NCBI GenBank assembly: GCA_947627905.1
Contig: CANQXX010000034.1
Coordinates: forward strand, 1-19,969
Reading direction: 5' to 3'
Source: an uncultured Clostridia bacterium
GTDB lineage: Bacteria > Bacillota > Clostridia > Oscillospirales > Ruminococcaceae
DNA length: 19,969 nucleotides
The position numbers and the translations under genes were made by a program. Shown piece after piece: positions 7,371 to 18,191 of the stretch; the stretch's first letter is position 1, and every line of letters begins with the position of its first letter. The notes under the pieces are model-generated. The model searched no databases and had not been told where the DNA came from. It saw nothing but the letters and a program-made list of their open reading frames with translations.

Positions 7371-8372
7371 ATGGCAGGTTATATCGGAACCAGATGTATG
7401 GTTTGCAATGAAAAATTTACTTCCGAGGACGATGTTGTCATCTGTCCCGAATGCGGCACGCCATATCACAGGGCTTGCTATGAAAAAAACGGAAGCTGTA
7501 TAAATGATGTTCTCCACCGGAACGGCGGAGCATGGAAGCCATCTTACGACGGAGACAGCAGTGCTGAAAGTCATGGAACGGTATGCGCTTTCTGCGGATA
7601 CACCAATCCCCCTCTAACACTGTTCTGCCGGCGCTGCGGTATGCCCTCTCAAAGCATGAGCAGCAATGCCGACCGCATGGAGCAGCGTTACGGAGGAATA
7701 AATATAAACGACGATCCCAATGCTTACAACAGAAACGCCAATTCAGGCACGATACTTGATCCGTTCCTGATAAACTATTCCGATCCGCTGTGCGGATTCA
7801 GCCCAGACGAGGATTTTGACGGCGTAAAGCTGGCGGAGCTCGGTGATTTTGTAGGCACAAACACGCATTATTATCTTCCCTTGTTCAAACAGTTCAAGGA
7901 ATACGGCAGAAAATTCAGCCTGAATTTCTGCGCAATGCTTTTCCCGGAAATGTATTTTTCTTACAGAAAAATGCCGCTTGTCGCTCTTGGAGCGTTCATA
8001 CTGCGGCTTATTTCCAGAATACCGCAGTTCATATATGCTTTCGCAGGAACATCGGAGTACGGCTTGCTGTCCTCCCTTGCTTCCGGATTTGACATCAGGG
8101 GCTCTGCTTTTCGGGGTCTGATGCTGTTAAGTATGCTGATGTATTATGCATTGATGTTTGTATTCGGCTTTTTCGGCAATAAATTATATTACGAAAATTC
8201 CATACGCAGGATAAAGAAGATCAAATCTTCAAGCGACGGTGCAAATATCCGTTACGAGATAATGAAAAAGGGAGGAACGTCCGCTCTGCTGCTGACGCTG
8301 TTCATATGTCTTGCGGCGCTCCCCTATCTGGCAATATATTTCATGCAGTTCTTTTCAGTAATAAGTATCTGA
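7371..8372 (+). CDS. zinc-finger plus zinc-ribbon N-terminal domain fused to a DUF2628-like membrane domain
   Basis: 333 aa. Cys/His pattern C9-x2-C12-x12-C25-x2-C28-x4-H33-x2-C36-x6-C43. A second ribbon is CAFCG-x10-CRRCG. The C-terminal half has the motif FCAMLFPEMYFSYRKM and TM helices, as I recall for DUF2628. Confidence 0.65.
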   Translation: MAGYIGTRCMVCNEKFTSEDDVVICPECGTPYHRACYEKNGSCINDVLHRNGGAWKPSYDGDSSAESHGTVCAFCGYTNPPLTLFCRRCGMPSQSMSSNADRMEQRYGGININDDPNAYNRNANSGTILDPFLINYSDPLCGFSPDEDFDGVKLAELGDFVGTNTHYYLPLFKQFKEYGRKFSLNFCAMLFPEMYFSYRKMPLVALGAFILRLISRIPQFIYAFAGTSEYGLLSSLASGFDIRGSAFRGLMLLSMLMYYALMFVFGFFGNKLYYENSIRRIKKIKSSSDGANIRYEIMKKGGTSALLLTLFICLAALPYLAIYFMQFFSVISI

Positions 8373-8400
8373 ATATAAAAACATAAAGGAGTATTGAGAA

Positions 8401-9273
8401 ATGAAGGTCAAAAAAGCGGTCATCACTGCAGCGGGGTACGGCACACGAATGCTTCCGGCAACAAAAGCAATGCCAAAAGAGATGCTTCCTATTCTGGACA
8501 AGCCTGCGATACAGTATATCGTGGAGGAATGTGTCAGCGCCGGAATAAAGGATATACTTATTATCCTTTCAAGGGGAAAACATATCGTTGAAGATCACTT
8601 CGACAGAACTCCCGATCTTGAACATCAGCTTGAACAAAGCGGAAAGGACGATCTTTGCAAAGAGATCAAAAATATTGCTTCAATGGCAAATATAACTTAC
8701 GTCCGTCAGGCAGAGCAGCTTGGGCTCGGGCACGCTGTTCTGTGCGCAAAGAACTTTGCAGGCAGCGAACCGGTCGCCGTTCTTTACGGAGACGATGTTA
8801 TAATAGGCGAAGATCCGGCGATAGCCCAGCTTTGCAGAGCTTATGAAAAGTATGAAAAAGGCGTTGTAGGTATCCGTGAAGTGCCGACAGAAGATGTAAT
8901 GAGGTATTCATCTATGAAGATCTCACCTCTTGAAGACAGGTGTTACGGCATTTCCGACATGATCGAAAAGCCGTCCAAAGAGCAGATATTCTCCAACTAT
9001 GCCATTCTCGGAAGATGTATTCTTCCTCCGGAAATTTTCACTATACTGGAAAATACGCCATACGGACGCAATAACGAGCTTCAGCTTACGGATGCCATGA
9101 AGCAGCTTGCAGTCAAAGAAGGCATGATAGGCGTTGATTTTACCGGAACGCGCTATGATATGGGCAATAAGCTCAGCGCAATAAAAGCCGGCATCGAGAC
9201 CTGTTTAAAGCGTCCGCAGATAGGCGAAGAACTCAGGCAGTACATTATAGAGCTTGCCGATAAATTAAGATAA
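8401..9273 (+). CDS. galU: UTP--glucose-1-phosphate uridylyltransferase
   Basis: 290 aa. N-terminal AAGYGTRMLPATKAMPKEMLP signature and an AAAGGAG SD. It starts 28 nt after the preceding gene. Confidence 0.95.
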   Translation: MKVKKAVITAAGYGTRMLPATKAMPKEMLPILDKPAIQYIVEECVSAGIKDILIILSRGKHIVEDHFDRTPDLEHQLEQSGKDDLCKEIKNIASMANITYVRQAEQLGLGHAVLCAKNFAGSEPVAVLYGDDVIIGEDPAIAQLCRAYEKYEKGVVGIREVPTEDVMRYSSMKISPLEDRCYGISDMIEKPSKEQIFSNYAILGRCILPPEIFTILENTPYGRNNELQLTDAMKQLAVKEGMIGVDFTGTRYDMGNKLSAIKAGIETCLKRPQIGEELRQYIIELADKLR

Positions 9274-9283
9274 TATAGCAAAA

Positions 9284-9313
9284 ATATATCCCGGACAGGC
9301 AGCCGGGATATAT
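9284..9313 (+). terminator. hairpin after galU (weak terminator)
   Basis: ATATATCCCGG (9284-9294) / CCGGGATATAT (9303-9313), a perfect 11-bp stem. Only a short, interrupted T-run follows (TGCGTTT). Confidence 0.35.
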
Positions 9314-9350
9314 TGCGTTTATGACATTTAAAATCAAAGGAGATTTTTAT

Positions 9351-10120
9351 ATGGCTGTTCTTGAATTAAAAGATGTATACTGCGGGTACGGCGGAAAGAA
9401 TGTTGTAAACGGGATTTCTCTTACCGTCCGCCCCGGTGAAATAATCTCCCTTGCAGGTCCGAACGGTTGCGGAAAGACTACCCTTATACGAGCCGCCTGC
9501 GGTATGCTCCCGATAAGCTCCGGAGAGATCTGTATAGACGGCAGATCTGTTTCCTCTTTTTCTTCAAAAGAACGCGCCGGACTTACCGCAATGCTTTCCC
9601 AGACAGGTACAGGCGGCGACTACAGCGATTACACCGTAATGGAAACGGTAATTATGGGACGCTATGCCCATTACAGCAAGGGACTTTTCCCCGAAGCGTC
9701 GGAAAAAGACATAGAGATAGCCGAAAACTGCATTGCCCGTATAGGTCTTTTGGAATTGAAAGACCGTCTTATCACCGAGCTTTCCGGCGGACAGCTCCAA
9801 AGGGTATTTCTGGCAAGAGCTTTTGCTCAGGAGCCGGAAATAATTTTTCTCGACGAGCCTGCCAATCATCTTGACCTGAAACACCAGTCGGAGCTTTACG
9901 ATATACTTAAAAATTGGACCGCCGATGGCAGATCGGTCGTCGGGGTTTTTCATGACCTTGGATTTGCGGCGGCTGTTTCCGACAGAATGATGCTCATACA
10001 TGACGGAAGATCGGTTTTTTGCGGAACGCCGCAGGAAGCCGTAAATTCGCCGAAGCTGAACGAAGTATTTGACACCGACGTAAGAGCTTATATGAAAAGG
10101 ATCTCCGGGATATGGCAGTA

Positions 10121-10121
<1 letters not shown>
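9351..10121 (+). CDS. ABC transporter ATP-binding protein (FecE/FepC/BtuD-like type)
   Basis: Walker A GPNGCGKTT, signature LSGGQLQR, Walker B IIFLDEP and H-loop FHDL. ATG at 9351 lies 8 nt after AAAGGAG, and I prefer it to the track start at 9321. Confidence 0.9.
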
Positions 10122-12089
<1,968 letters not shown>

Positions 12090-12093
<4 letters not shown>

Positions 12094-12761
12094 AGCCGTA
12101 TCTCCGTTCTTTCATTGATCTTTATGCTGTCCGGCGTGACGATACAGTCGTAAGCAAGGATATCCACTCCGCTTGAAGCGGCTTTTTTCAAGGTCTCCCC
12201 GAACAGCGCATGAGTTTCATTGTTCGGGGTGAAATATTTTACGCCTTTCATCTGTATCACAAAAAGCATATACGCCTTATATCCCTCCGAAGCGGCTTTG
12301 ATAAGCTCGTTAAGATGCTTTACGCCGCGTTCCGTAGGAGCGTCCGGGAACATAGCTATCCCGTCTTTTTCCAGAGTGACCCCCTTGACTTCAAGAAGGA
12401 TCTTTTCCGTGCCGGAAACAATAAAAAAATCAAATCTTGAATTTCCCCATGTATATTCCGGTCTGATATCTCCGCCGGGAAACAGCAGCGGAAGAAACTC
12501 CCCTGCCGCGCGGTTGGGCGCATAGCTGTCCATATTTATTATTCTTTCGCCCTTTTTCACGGCTACAAGATCATATTTTGTACTCCGGGCAGGAGAATCC
12601 GATCTGTCCAGCCAGACGGTACAGCCCTCCGTAAGAAGTTCTTTGCACCGTCCGGTATTCCTGACATGGCATTTTTCCACAGTGCCGTTTATTTCCGCAT
12701 ATGCTATGAACCTGTTCGGACGTGAAATAAACCTGCCCTCAGTTATATTTCTGTAAACCAT
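12090..12761 (-). CDS. sfsA: SfsA family protein (sugar fermentation stimulation protein / nuclease-fold)
   Basis: 223 aa. N-terminal GRFISRPNRFIAYAEINGTVEKCHVRNTGRCKELL and the PD-(D/E)xK-like FDFF...LLEVKGVT are typical of SfsA. It starts 6 nt after the ppk2 stop. Confidence 0.9.
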
Positions 12762-12767
12762 TGACCG

Positions 12768-14258
12768 TTAATGTCCCTGCTTTTTTATATAGTCCGAAAG
12801 GACGCCTATAATGGTATTCATTACCTTTATGCGCGCATAGAGCTTATCGTTTGCTTCGATAATGTTCCAAGGAGCTTTTTTGGTGGAAGTCTTTGCTATC
12901 ATTTCATTGACTGCGGATTCATACTTATCCCATTTTTCACGGTTGCGCCAGTCCTCGTCGGTTATCTTCCACTGTTTGAGAGGATCGCTCGCACGGGCAT
13001 TGAATCTTTTGAGCTGCTCGTCCTTGTCGATGTGCAGCCAGAATTTAAGTATGATCGCTCCCTCGCGGATAAGCTCCTCCTCAAACTCGTTTATCTCACG
13101 GTATGCCATAGCGCAGCGCTTCTCCGGAGTAATGCCTTCGATGCGCTCCACCATTACCCTGCCGTACCATGAGCGGTCAAAAATGGCTATATGTCCGGTT
13201 TTGGGAAGATTGTTCCAGAACCGCCACAGATAATGATGATTAAGCTCCTTTTTATCCGGCGCAGCGATCGGAACGGCTTCGTATCCGCGCGGATCGAGAG
13301 CATATGAGATACGCTTTATCGCGCCGCCCTTGCCGGCAGCGTCCCAGCCCTCAAAGACCATAATAACTGGAATTTTATGCTTGTATATCTTTCCGTGAAG
13401 TCTCGCAAGCTCCTTGCGTGCTTTTTTCAGCTCATCATCATACTTTGTGGGCTGGAGAGACTTGTTTTCCAGCTTTATATCCGCCAGTCTTACCGGAGGC
13501 ATAAGGTCAAACTTTTTCAGGGCGTCCTTGGGCACTTCCGGATATGTACGTTCAGAATTGATCGCGTTGGTTATCTGGCTCACAAGGATATTGAACACCT
13601 GAAAGCGTGTAAATCTCCTGTCGGTGGTATCTATTATCTTCCAAGGGCAATATTCGGTATTGGTCCTTTCAAGCATATCGTCAAACTGCTTGTAATACGC
13701 GTCATAATTCTTGTGGCGCTTTTTGTCAAGCTCGGTAACGCGCCATTTTGTGGCATTGTCCTCTTTCAGTTTCAGGAAACGCTTTTTCTGTTCCTTTCTG
13801 GAAATATGCAGGAAAAATTTTATTATCAGGTAGCCGTCGTCGGTAAGCTGACGCTCAAAGGTATTTACTGTATTCACTCTGTCGGCATATTCCTCATCGG
13901 AAATGCCCTCTTCCATTTTTGCAATGGCAAGCTCCTGATACCAGCTTCTGTCCAGAACGGACAGCGCCCCGTATTCGGGTATTTTTTCCCAGTATCTTTT
14001 CATCATCGGATAGCGGCGTTCCGCTTCGGAAGCCGGCATAGTGGAATAAACCTTGAAAAATCTCGGATCAAGCAGCTTTATCACATCGGCAATGAGCGTT
14101 CCCTTTCCGGAAGCGCCCCAGCCTTCGAGAAGTATTATAACAGGCAGTTTTTTCTCCCTTATCTTCTGCTGCAGGGCTGAAAGATTTTTTTCAAGTTCAT
14201 CGGTAAGCTCCTTATAATCGGCAGATCTTCCTTTGTCCGAAAGCGCGTTTTCAAGCAT
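12768..14258 (-). CDS. ppk2: two-domain polyphosphate kinase 2 family protein (polyphosphate:AMP phosphotransferase-like)
   Basis: 496 aa with two tandem PPK2 modules. Each has a P-loop (EGWGASGKG; EGWDAAGKGG) and a lid motif (RYWEKIPEYGALSVLDRSWY; WRFWNNLPKTGHIAIFDRSWY). AAAGGAAG SD. Confidence 0.9.
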   Translation of the reverse strand: MLENALSDKGRSADYKELTDELEKNLSALQQKIREKKLPVIILLEGWGASGKGTLIADVIKLLDPRFFKVYSTMPASEAERRYPMMKRYWEKIPEYGALSVLDRSWYQELAIAKMEEGISDEEYADRVNTVNTFERQLTDDGYLIIKFFLHISRKEQKKRFLKLKEDNATKWRVTELDKKRHKNYDAYYKQFDDMLERTNTEYCPWKIIDTTDRRFTRFQVFNILVSQITNAINSERTYPEVPKDALKKFDLMPPVRLADIKLENKSLQPTKYDDELKKARKELARLHGKIYKHKIPVIMVFEGWDAAGKGGAIKRISYALDPRGYEAVPIAAPDKKELNHHYLWRFWNNLPKTGHIAIFDRSWYGRVMVERIEGITPEKRCAMAYREINEFEEELIREGAIILKFWLHIDKDEQLKRFNARASDPLKQWKITDEDWRNREKWDKYESAVNEMIAKTSTKKAPWNIIEANDKLYARIKVMNTIIGVLSDYIKKQGH

Positions 14259-14335
14259 ATGTTTCTTCCTTTCAGTATATTATTTCCTAAAAATGGCATT
14301 TATTTATCCGGCATTGTTCCGGACGCTCTTTAACT

Positions 14336-14364
14336 ATTATAACCTATTTTATCACATTCCGCAA
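14336..14364 (-). promoter_or_regulatory. candidate promoter for the ppk2-sfsA operon
   Basis: On the minus strand: TTGCGG (14364-14359), 17-nt spacer, TATAAT (14341-14336). Confidence 0.4.
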
Positions 14365-14438
14365 GGAGCTATATTAATAAATATATCGTTCATAATTATT
14401 TGAAATTGCCCTAATCAGGCAGATTTATCAAATAACTA

Positions 14439-14467
14439 TTGCATTTCAAAAAAATATGTGGTATAAT
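14439..14467 (+). promoter_or_regulatory. sigma-A type promoter for the uncharacterised 324-aa gene
   Basis: TTGCAT (14439-14444), 17-nt spacer ending TGTGG, TATAAT (14462-14467). The track's TTG start at 14439 is this -35 box. Confidence 0.55.
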
Positions 14468-14588
14468 AATGTGTGGTATCTATTCAGACGGAATTGTAAA
14501 ATTCCAGAAATTTACTTTTTATTCCTCATATTTATTCAAGCATAACAAGAAAGGAGAATTGTCCGCCGCTGCGGACAGTAACATAATT

Positions 14589-15563
14589 ATGGGATTTCCT
14601 GTTGTTTCACCCGCTTTTTTAAAAGAGCTTATCGAACAGATGAAGCCTATGCAGCCAAACGAGTTCTGTGACGTTATAGTCTCATCGGCTGCTGTTGAAT
14701 ATTCGCCCTGCCTTTGCCACAAGGAAGTAGTAAGAGCGCTGATAAAAGAAGAAAATATCCTTGCTTACAATATGACCAACCTGCCTGATGAACAGAGCGA
14801 ACAATTCATAGAGCAAAGCAAGAAAATACTTGAAATTTATCCCAACGCGCAGTATTACTGGCAGATGAGAACGCTGTTCATGAGCCTGCTCCAGAACAGA
14901 AGAATGCATTTTGAAAAGCGTCTGCTTCTCCTTAACTACGCCGTAAAGACCGTGCAGGGAATGATAGATAAGGGTCAGCCAAACCTTATACCCAAGTTTA
15001 TCGAGGATTTTACCAGACCGGACGCCGATCACAAACCTGTTCTTGAATATTTCAAGGCAGTACGTCCAAATCCCGGATATTCCCTTGCCGACGGCATATC
15101 GCTGCTGAAATCGCTGAACAAATCCGATCCTTCATATAAAGAGGTCCTTGCAGGAATATACAAAAACCTCGGCGTATCAGGTCCGGAGACGCTTAAAATG
15201 ACCGATATGAAAAAATATCTCCTTATGAGAAAGCAGTACAGCGATCTTGTTACCGGAGAAAAATCAAGATACATCGAAAACGTTGCCATCAGTTATGTAT
15301 GGACATATTCGCTGCCTCTTGCAAATCCCGAATTTAATTTCTGGGATCATTTCGTATTCTTCTGCTCGCTGTACAATGCAATAAAAATAATGATAACCTG
15401 CTATGTTCCCGACGGAGAGGACGAAAAATTCGTAAAGGCAATAAGTGCCTTTGACACCGCTGTAAGGGCTTCCGATAAAAAACTGATGAACAAGGTGATT
15501 TACGCTATCAGGAATGCCGGTCAGAACAATAACGGTGACCTTGCGATCCTTACGCTCAGCTGA
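14589..15563 (+). CDS. uncharacterised soluble, predominantly helical protein (324 aa from ATG 14589)
   Basis: Long ORF with coding-like composition and no motif I recognise. The start is placed at the first ATG downstream of the predicted transcription start. A strong AAGGAG (14551-14556) lies 32 nt upstream, separated from it by a hairpin at 14560-14577. Confidence 0.65.
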   Translation: MGFPVVSPAFLKELIEQMKPMQPNEFCDVIVSSAAVEYSPCLCHKEVVRALIKEENILAYNMTNLPDEQSEQFIEQSKKILEIYPNAQYYWQMRTLFMSLLQNRRMHFEKRLLLLNYAVKTVQGMIDKGQPNLIPKFIEDFTRPDADHKPVLEYFKAVRPNPGYSLADGISLLKSLNKSDPSYKEVLAGIYKNLGVSGPETLKMTDMKKYLLMRKQYSDLVTGEKSRYIENVAISYVWTYSLPLANPEFNFWDHFVFFCSLYNAIKIMITCYVPDGEDEKFVKAISAFDTAVRASDKKLMNKVIYAIRNAGQNNNGDLAILTLS

Positions 15564-15587
15564 TGATCCAAATCATGTTTAAAGTCA

Positions 15588-15624
15588 ATGCCGTACAAAG
15601 CTGTAGGTAGTCTTTGTCCGGCAT
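15588..15624 (+). other. strong stem-loop between the uncharacterised gene and metG
   Basis: ATGCCGTACAAAG (15588-15600) / CTTTGTCCGGCAT (15612-15624), a 13-bp stem with one mismatch and an 11-nt loop. No T-run follows directly. A weak GGCA/TGCC hairpin plus TTTTT (15620-15645) overlaps its 3' arm. Confidence 0.4.
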
Positions 15625-15745
15625 TTGCTGGGTAATTGCCTTTTTACATCATTTTCCGGCAGGAAATACTGCTGTTCTTAAAACGATCTGCCTGCTCAAA
15701 AATTGCAGATCATATTTCAGATCCCAATATGATCGGAGGATAATT

Positions 15746-17764
15746 ATGGATAACAACAAAAATATCGGCAAAAAAGCCGTTTCAAGAGATAACCGCCCCG
15801 AATTTCCCAAAAAAGCGGTAATAACCGGAGGTATGCCCTACGGAAACAAGGAACTGCACTTCGGACACGTCGGAGGCGTTTTTGTTTTCGCGGACGTTTA
15901 CGCAAGATTTCTGCGGGACCGGATAGGTGCGGAAAACGTTATCTTCGTTTCCGGAACGGACTGCTACGGTTCGCCTATTGCTGAAAGCTACAGAAAACTT
16001 GTCAAGGAGCAGGGCTATACGGGCACGATAAAGGACTTTGTACGTTCCAATCATGAAAGCCAGAAAAAAACTCTGGACGATTACGGCATAAGCCTTAACC
16101 TTTTCGGAGCGTCAGGACTTGGCAGAACAGCGGAAATACACAATGAGGTCTCCGACTGGTTCATAAGAAAGCTCTATGAAAACGGTCATCTGCAAATGAT
16201 ATCTACTCCGCAGTTCTATGACGAAAAGGCAGGAACATTCCTTAACGGCAGACAGGTAGTGGGAAAATGCCCGGTTCAGGGCTGCCAGTCCGAAAAGGGA
16301 TATGCAGACGAATGTGACCTCGGACATCAGTATATGCCGCAGGATCTTATTGATCCCAAAAGCACGCTTACCGGTGAGACACCTGTGATGCGGAATGTTA
16401 TGAACTGGTATTTCAGACTTCCCGAACATCTTGATATACTGCGTGAATACACCGACAATATCCGCCGGAAAGACAATGTCCGTCAGGTAGTGCACAAGAC
16501 TATAGGCGAATTTCTTGAACCTCCGGTAATATACATCATGAACGACTTCCGCGGACAGTATGATGAAATAAAGGATCGTCTTGCCGCACATAAACTTATA
16601 GAAGAACCAAAGAAAACTTCCTTTACCATAGTTTTTGACACCCTTGAGGACAGGGAAAATTCCTGCACGGTGCTTGCCTCCGAGGGAATACGTTTCAGAA
16701 CGGGCAAGACCCTTGTGCCTTTCAGACTTACGGGAAATATCGAATGGGGCGTTCCCGCTCCCGTTCTTGAAGGTGAAGATCCGCTTACCGTATGGGTATG
16801 GCCGGAGTCTCTCTGGGCGCCTATTTCATTTACTCAGGCATATCTTGAATCTATCGGCAGGAGCCGTGATGAGTGGAAGGATTTCTGGTGTTCCAAAGAC
16901 GCGCAGGTCTACCAGTTTATAGGTCAGGATAACATATACTTCTACGGCATTGCCGAAATGGCAATGTTCATGGCTCTGCAAAAGGGAGAAGATCTTTCCT
17001 GTGACCCTGCCGACGGTGAGCTTCAGCTCCCCATTCTTGTTGCAAATCATCATATACTTTTCCTTGATAAAAAGGCTTCAAGCAGCGGTTCGGTAAAGCC
17101 TCCTATGGCGGCGGAACTTCTGAATTACTATACTGCGGAACAGCTCAGAATGCATTTTCTCAGTCTGGGACTGGGCATGAGGAGCGTCAGCTTCCAGCCC
17201 AAGCCGCTCAATCCAAATGCGTCTCCCGACGAGGGCGACCCGGTAACAAAGGAAGGCTTCCTGCTTTCAAATGTATTCAACAGGATAATACGCACCTGCT
17301 TCTATGATGCTCAGAAATACTTTGACGGCAAAATGCCTGTGGGCGCGGTAGATGAAGAAATTCTTGCAAATTCGGAAAAAGCCGTTCTGGAATATGAAAG
17401 GTTCATGTATAAGTTTGAATTTCATCAGGTAACGTATGTGCTTGATTCCTATATCCGTCAGGCAAGCAAATACATGGCAAAAGCCAAAGCCGAAGCAGAC
17501 AAGGCTGATGATAACGAGCTGCGCAGGAAGTGGCTCACCAATGTATTCCACATGATAAAGACAGCGGCAGTTCTTCTTCACCCTATTGCTCCCGGCGGTA
17601 CGGAAATGATAAGGGATTATATGAACGTCAGTGACGAGTTATGGAACTGGGACGGTATCTTCGATACCCTTTCCGACACGCTTTTAAAGGGCGAAAGCGA
17701 ACATCAGCTTAAATTCCTTGAACCGCGTGTAGACTTCTTCAAGCGGCATGAAAGCCAGTTCTGA
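15746..17764 (+). CDS. metG: class I aminoacyl-tRNA ligase of MetRS architecture, with atypical signature motifs
   Basis: ATG at 15746 lies 6 nt after GGAGG. PYGNKELHFGHVGG is the HIGH-type motif. GKCPVQGC...ECDLGH is a MetRS-style zinc knuckle in the connective peptide. LDKKASSSGS sits where KMSKS is expected, and a helical anticodon-binding C-terminus follows. 672 aa. Confidence 0.8.
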   Translation: MDNNKNIGKKAVSRDNRPEFPKKAVITGGMPYGNKELHFGHVGGVFVFADVYARFLRDRIGAENVIFVSGTDCYGSPIAESYRKLVKEQGYTGTIKDFVRSNHESQKKTLDDYGISLNLFGASGLGRTAEIHNEVSDWFIRKLYENGHLQMISTPQFYDEKAGTFLNGRQVVGKCPVQGCQSEKGYADECDLGHQYMPQDLIDPKSTLTGETPVMRNVMNWYFRLPEHLDILREYTDNIRRKDNVRQVVHKTIGEFLEPPVIYIMNDFRGQYDEIKDRLAAHKLIEEPKKTSFTIVFDTLEDRENSCTVLASEGIRFRTGKTLVPFRLTGNIEWGVPAPVLEGEDPLTVWVWPESLWAPISFTQAYLESIGRSRDEWKDFWCSKDAQVYQFIGQDNIYFYGIAEMAMFMALQKGEDLSCDPADGELQLPILVANHHILFLDKKASSSGSVKPPMAAELLNYYTAEQLRMHFLSLGLGMRSVSFQPKPLNPNASPDEGDPVTKEGFLLSNVFNRIIRTCFYDAQKYFDGKMPVGAVDEEILANSEKAVLEYERFMYKFEFHQVTYVLDSYIRQASKYMAKAKAEADKADDNELRRKWLTNVFHMIKTAAVLLHPIAPGGTEMIRDYMNVSDELWNWDGIFDTLSDTLLKGESEHQLKFLEPRVDFFKRHESQF

Positions 17765-17827
17765 CAAAAAAGATAAATTTAAAACGGCGGAATGTTTTAT
17801 CATATCTAAAAAATAAATTTATTAAAA

Positions 17828-17867
17828 ATATCGGGACAGTAATTTTAAACCGTTCCGATATTTTTTA
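17828..17867 (+). terminator. rho-independent terminator after metG
   Basis: ATATCGGGAC (17828-17837) / GTTCCGATAT (17852-17861), a 10-bp stem with one G-U pair. TTTTT follows. Confidence 0.6.
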
Positions 17868-17884
17868 AAAAACGCGGATCTGAC

Positions 17885-18140
17885 ATGATCTTTAAAAAAA
17901 TAAAATTCAGAAATAATAAATAAAATCCCGGATCTTTACAGTGATGTAAAATTTTCAAAATGGTTTATTATAATTTCCTCGGTATTTGCATTTATTGCGG
18001 GAATAATTCTTAGCGGAATAAATTTTATTTTTTATGTAGCTGCATTATCATGGCAGCAGCCGTTATTTATGCTGCTGATATATTATCTTCCGCTAAAATA
18101 CAAATACAATGAAATGCTTGACATTTCCGGAAATGTATGA
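17885..18140 (+). pseudogene. possible frameshifted small two-TM membrane protein gene
   Basis: ATG 17885 opens MIFKKIKFRNNK, which stops at 17921. The +1 frame is open from 17904 to the TGA at 18138-18140. It encodes ...KWFIIISSVFAFIAGIILSGINFIFYVAALSWQQPLFMLLIYYLPLKYKYNEMLDISGNV but has no canonical start codon. Confidence 0.2.
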
Positions 18141-18146
18141 TATCAT
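18118..18146 (+). promoter_or_regulatory. strong sigma-A type promoter for the leader ORF / 180-aa gene
   Basis: TTGACA (18118-18123), 17-nt spacer, TATCAT (18141-18146), preceded by TGA (extended -10). Confidence 0.6.
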
Positions 18147-18191
18147 CATTAAAGCATTAATTTGCTGATTTTCAGGAAAGGAGGGTTTTTG

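Noticed and set aside
9321-9350. ATG at 9321 as the start of the ABC ATPase
   Set aside because: ATG 9351 is preceded by AAAGGAG at ideal spacing. The 9321 ATG overlaps the galU terminator hairpin region and has no SD.
13377-14180. 267-aa plus-strand ORF antisense to ppk2 (also 12771-13172 and 12862-13233)
   Set aside because: These are shadow frames of a confidently assigned two-domain PPK2 gene. They have no ribosome-binding site and low-complexity, non-protein-like sequence.
15614-15745. 44-codon N-terminal extension of the MetRS-like ORF
   Set aside because: It begins inside the 15588-15624 hairpin with a non-ATG start. ATG 15746 has an ideally spaced GGAGG, and the ligase homology starts there.
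15564-15745. Possible T-box or SAM riboswitch upstream of metG
   Set aside because: The region is only ~180 nt, and I could not find the conserved T-box core (AGGGUGGUACCGCG-like) or SAM-I core elements. Only generic hairpins are present, including GATCTGC/GCAGATC.
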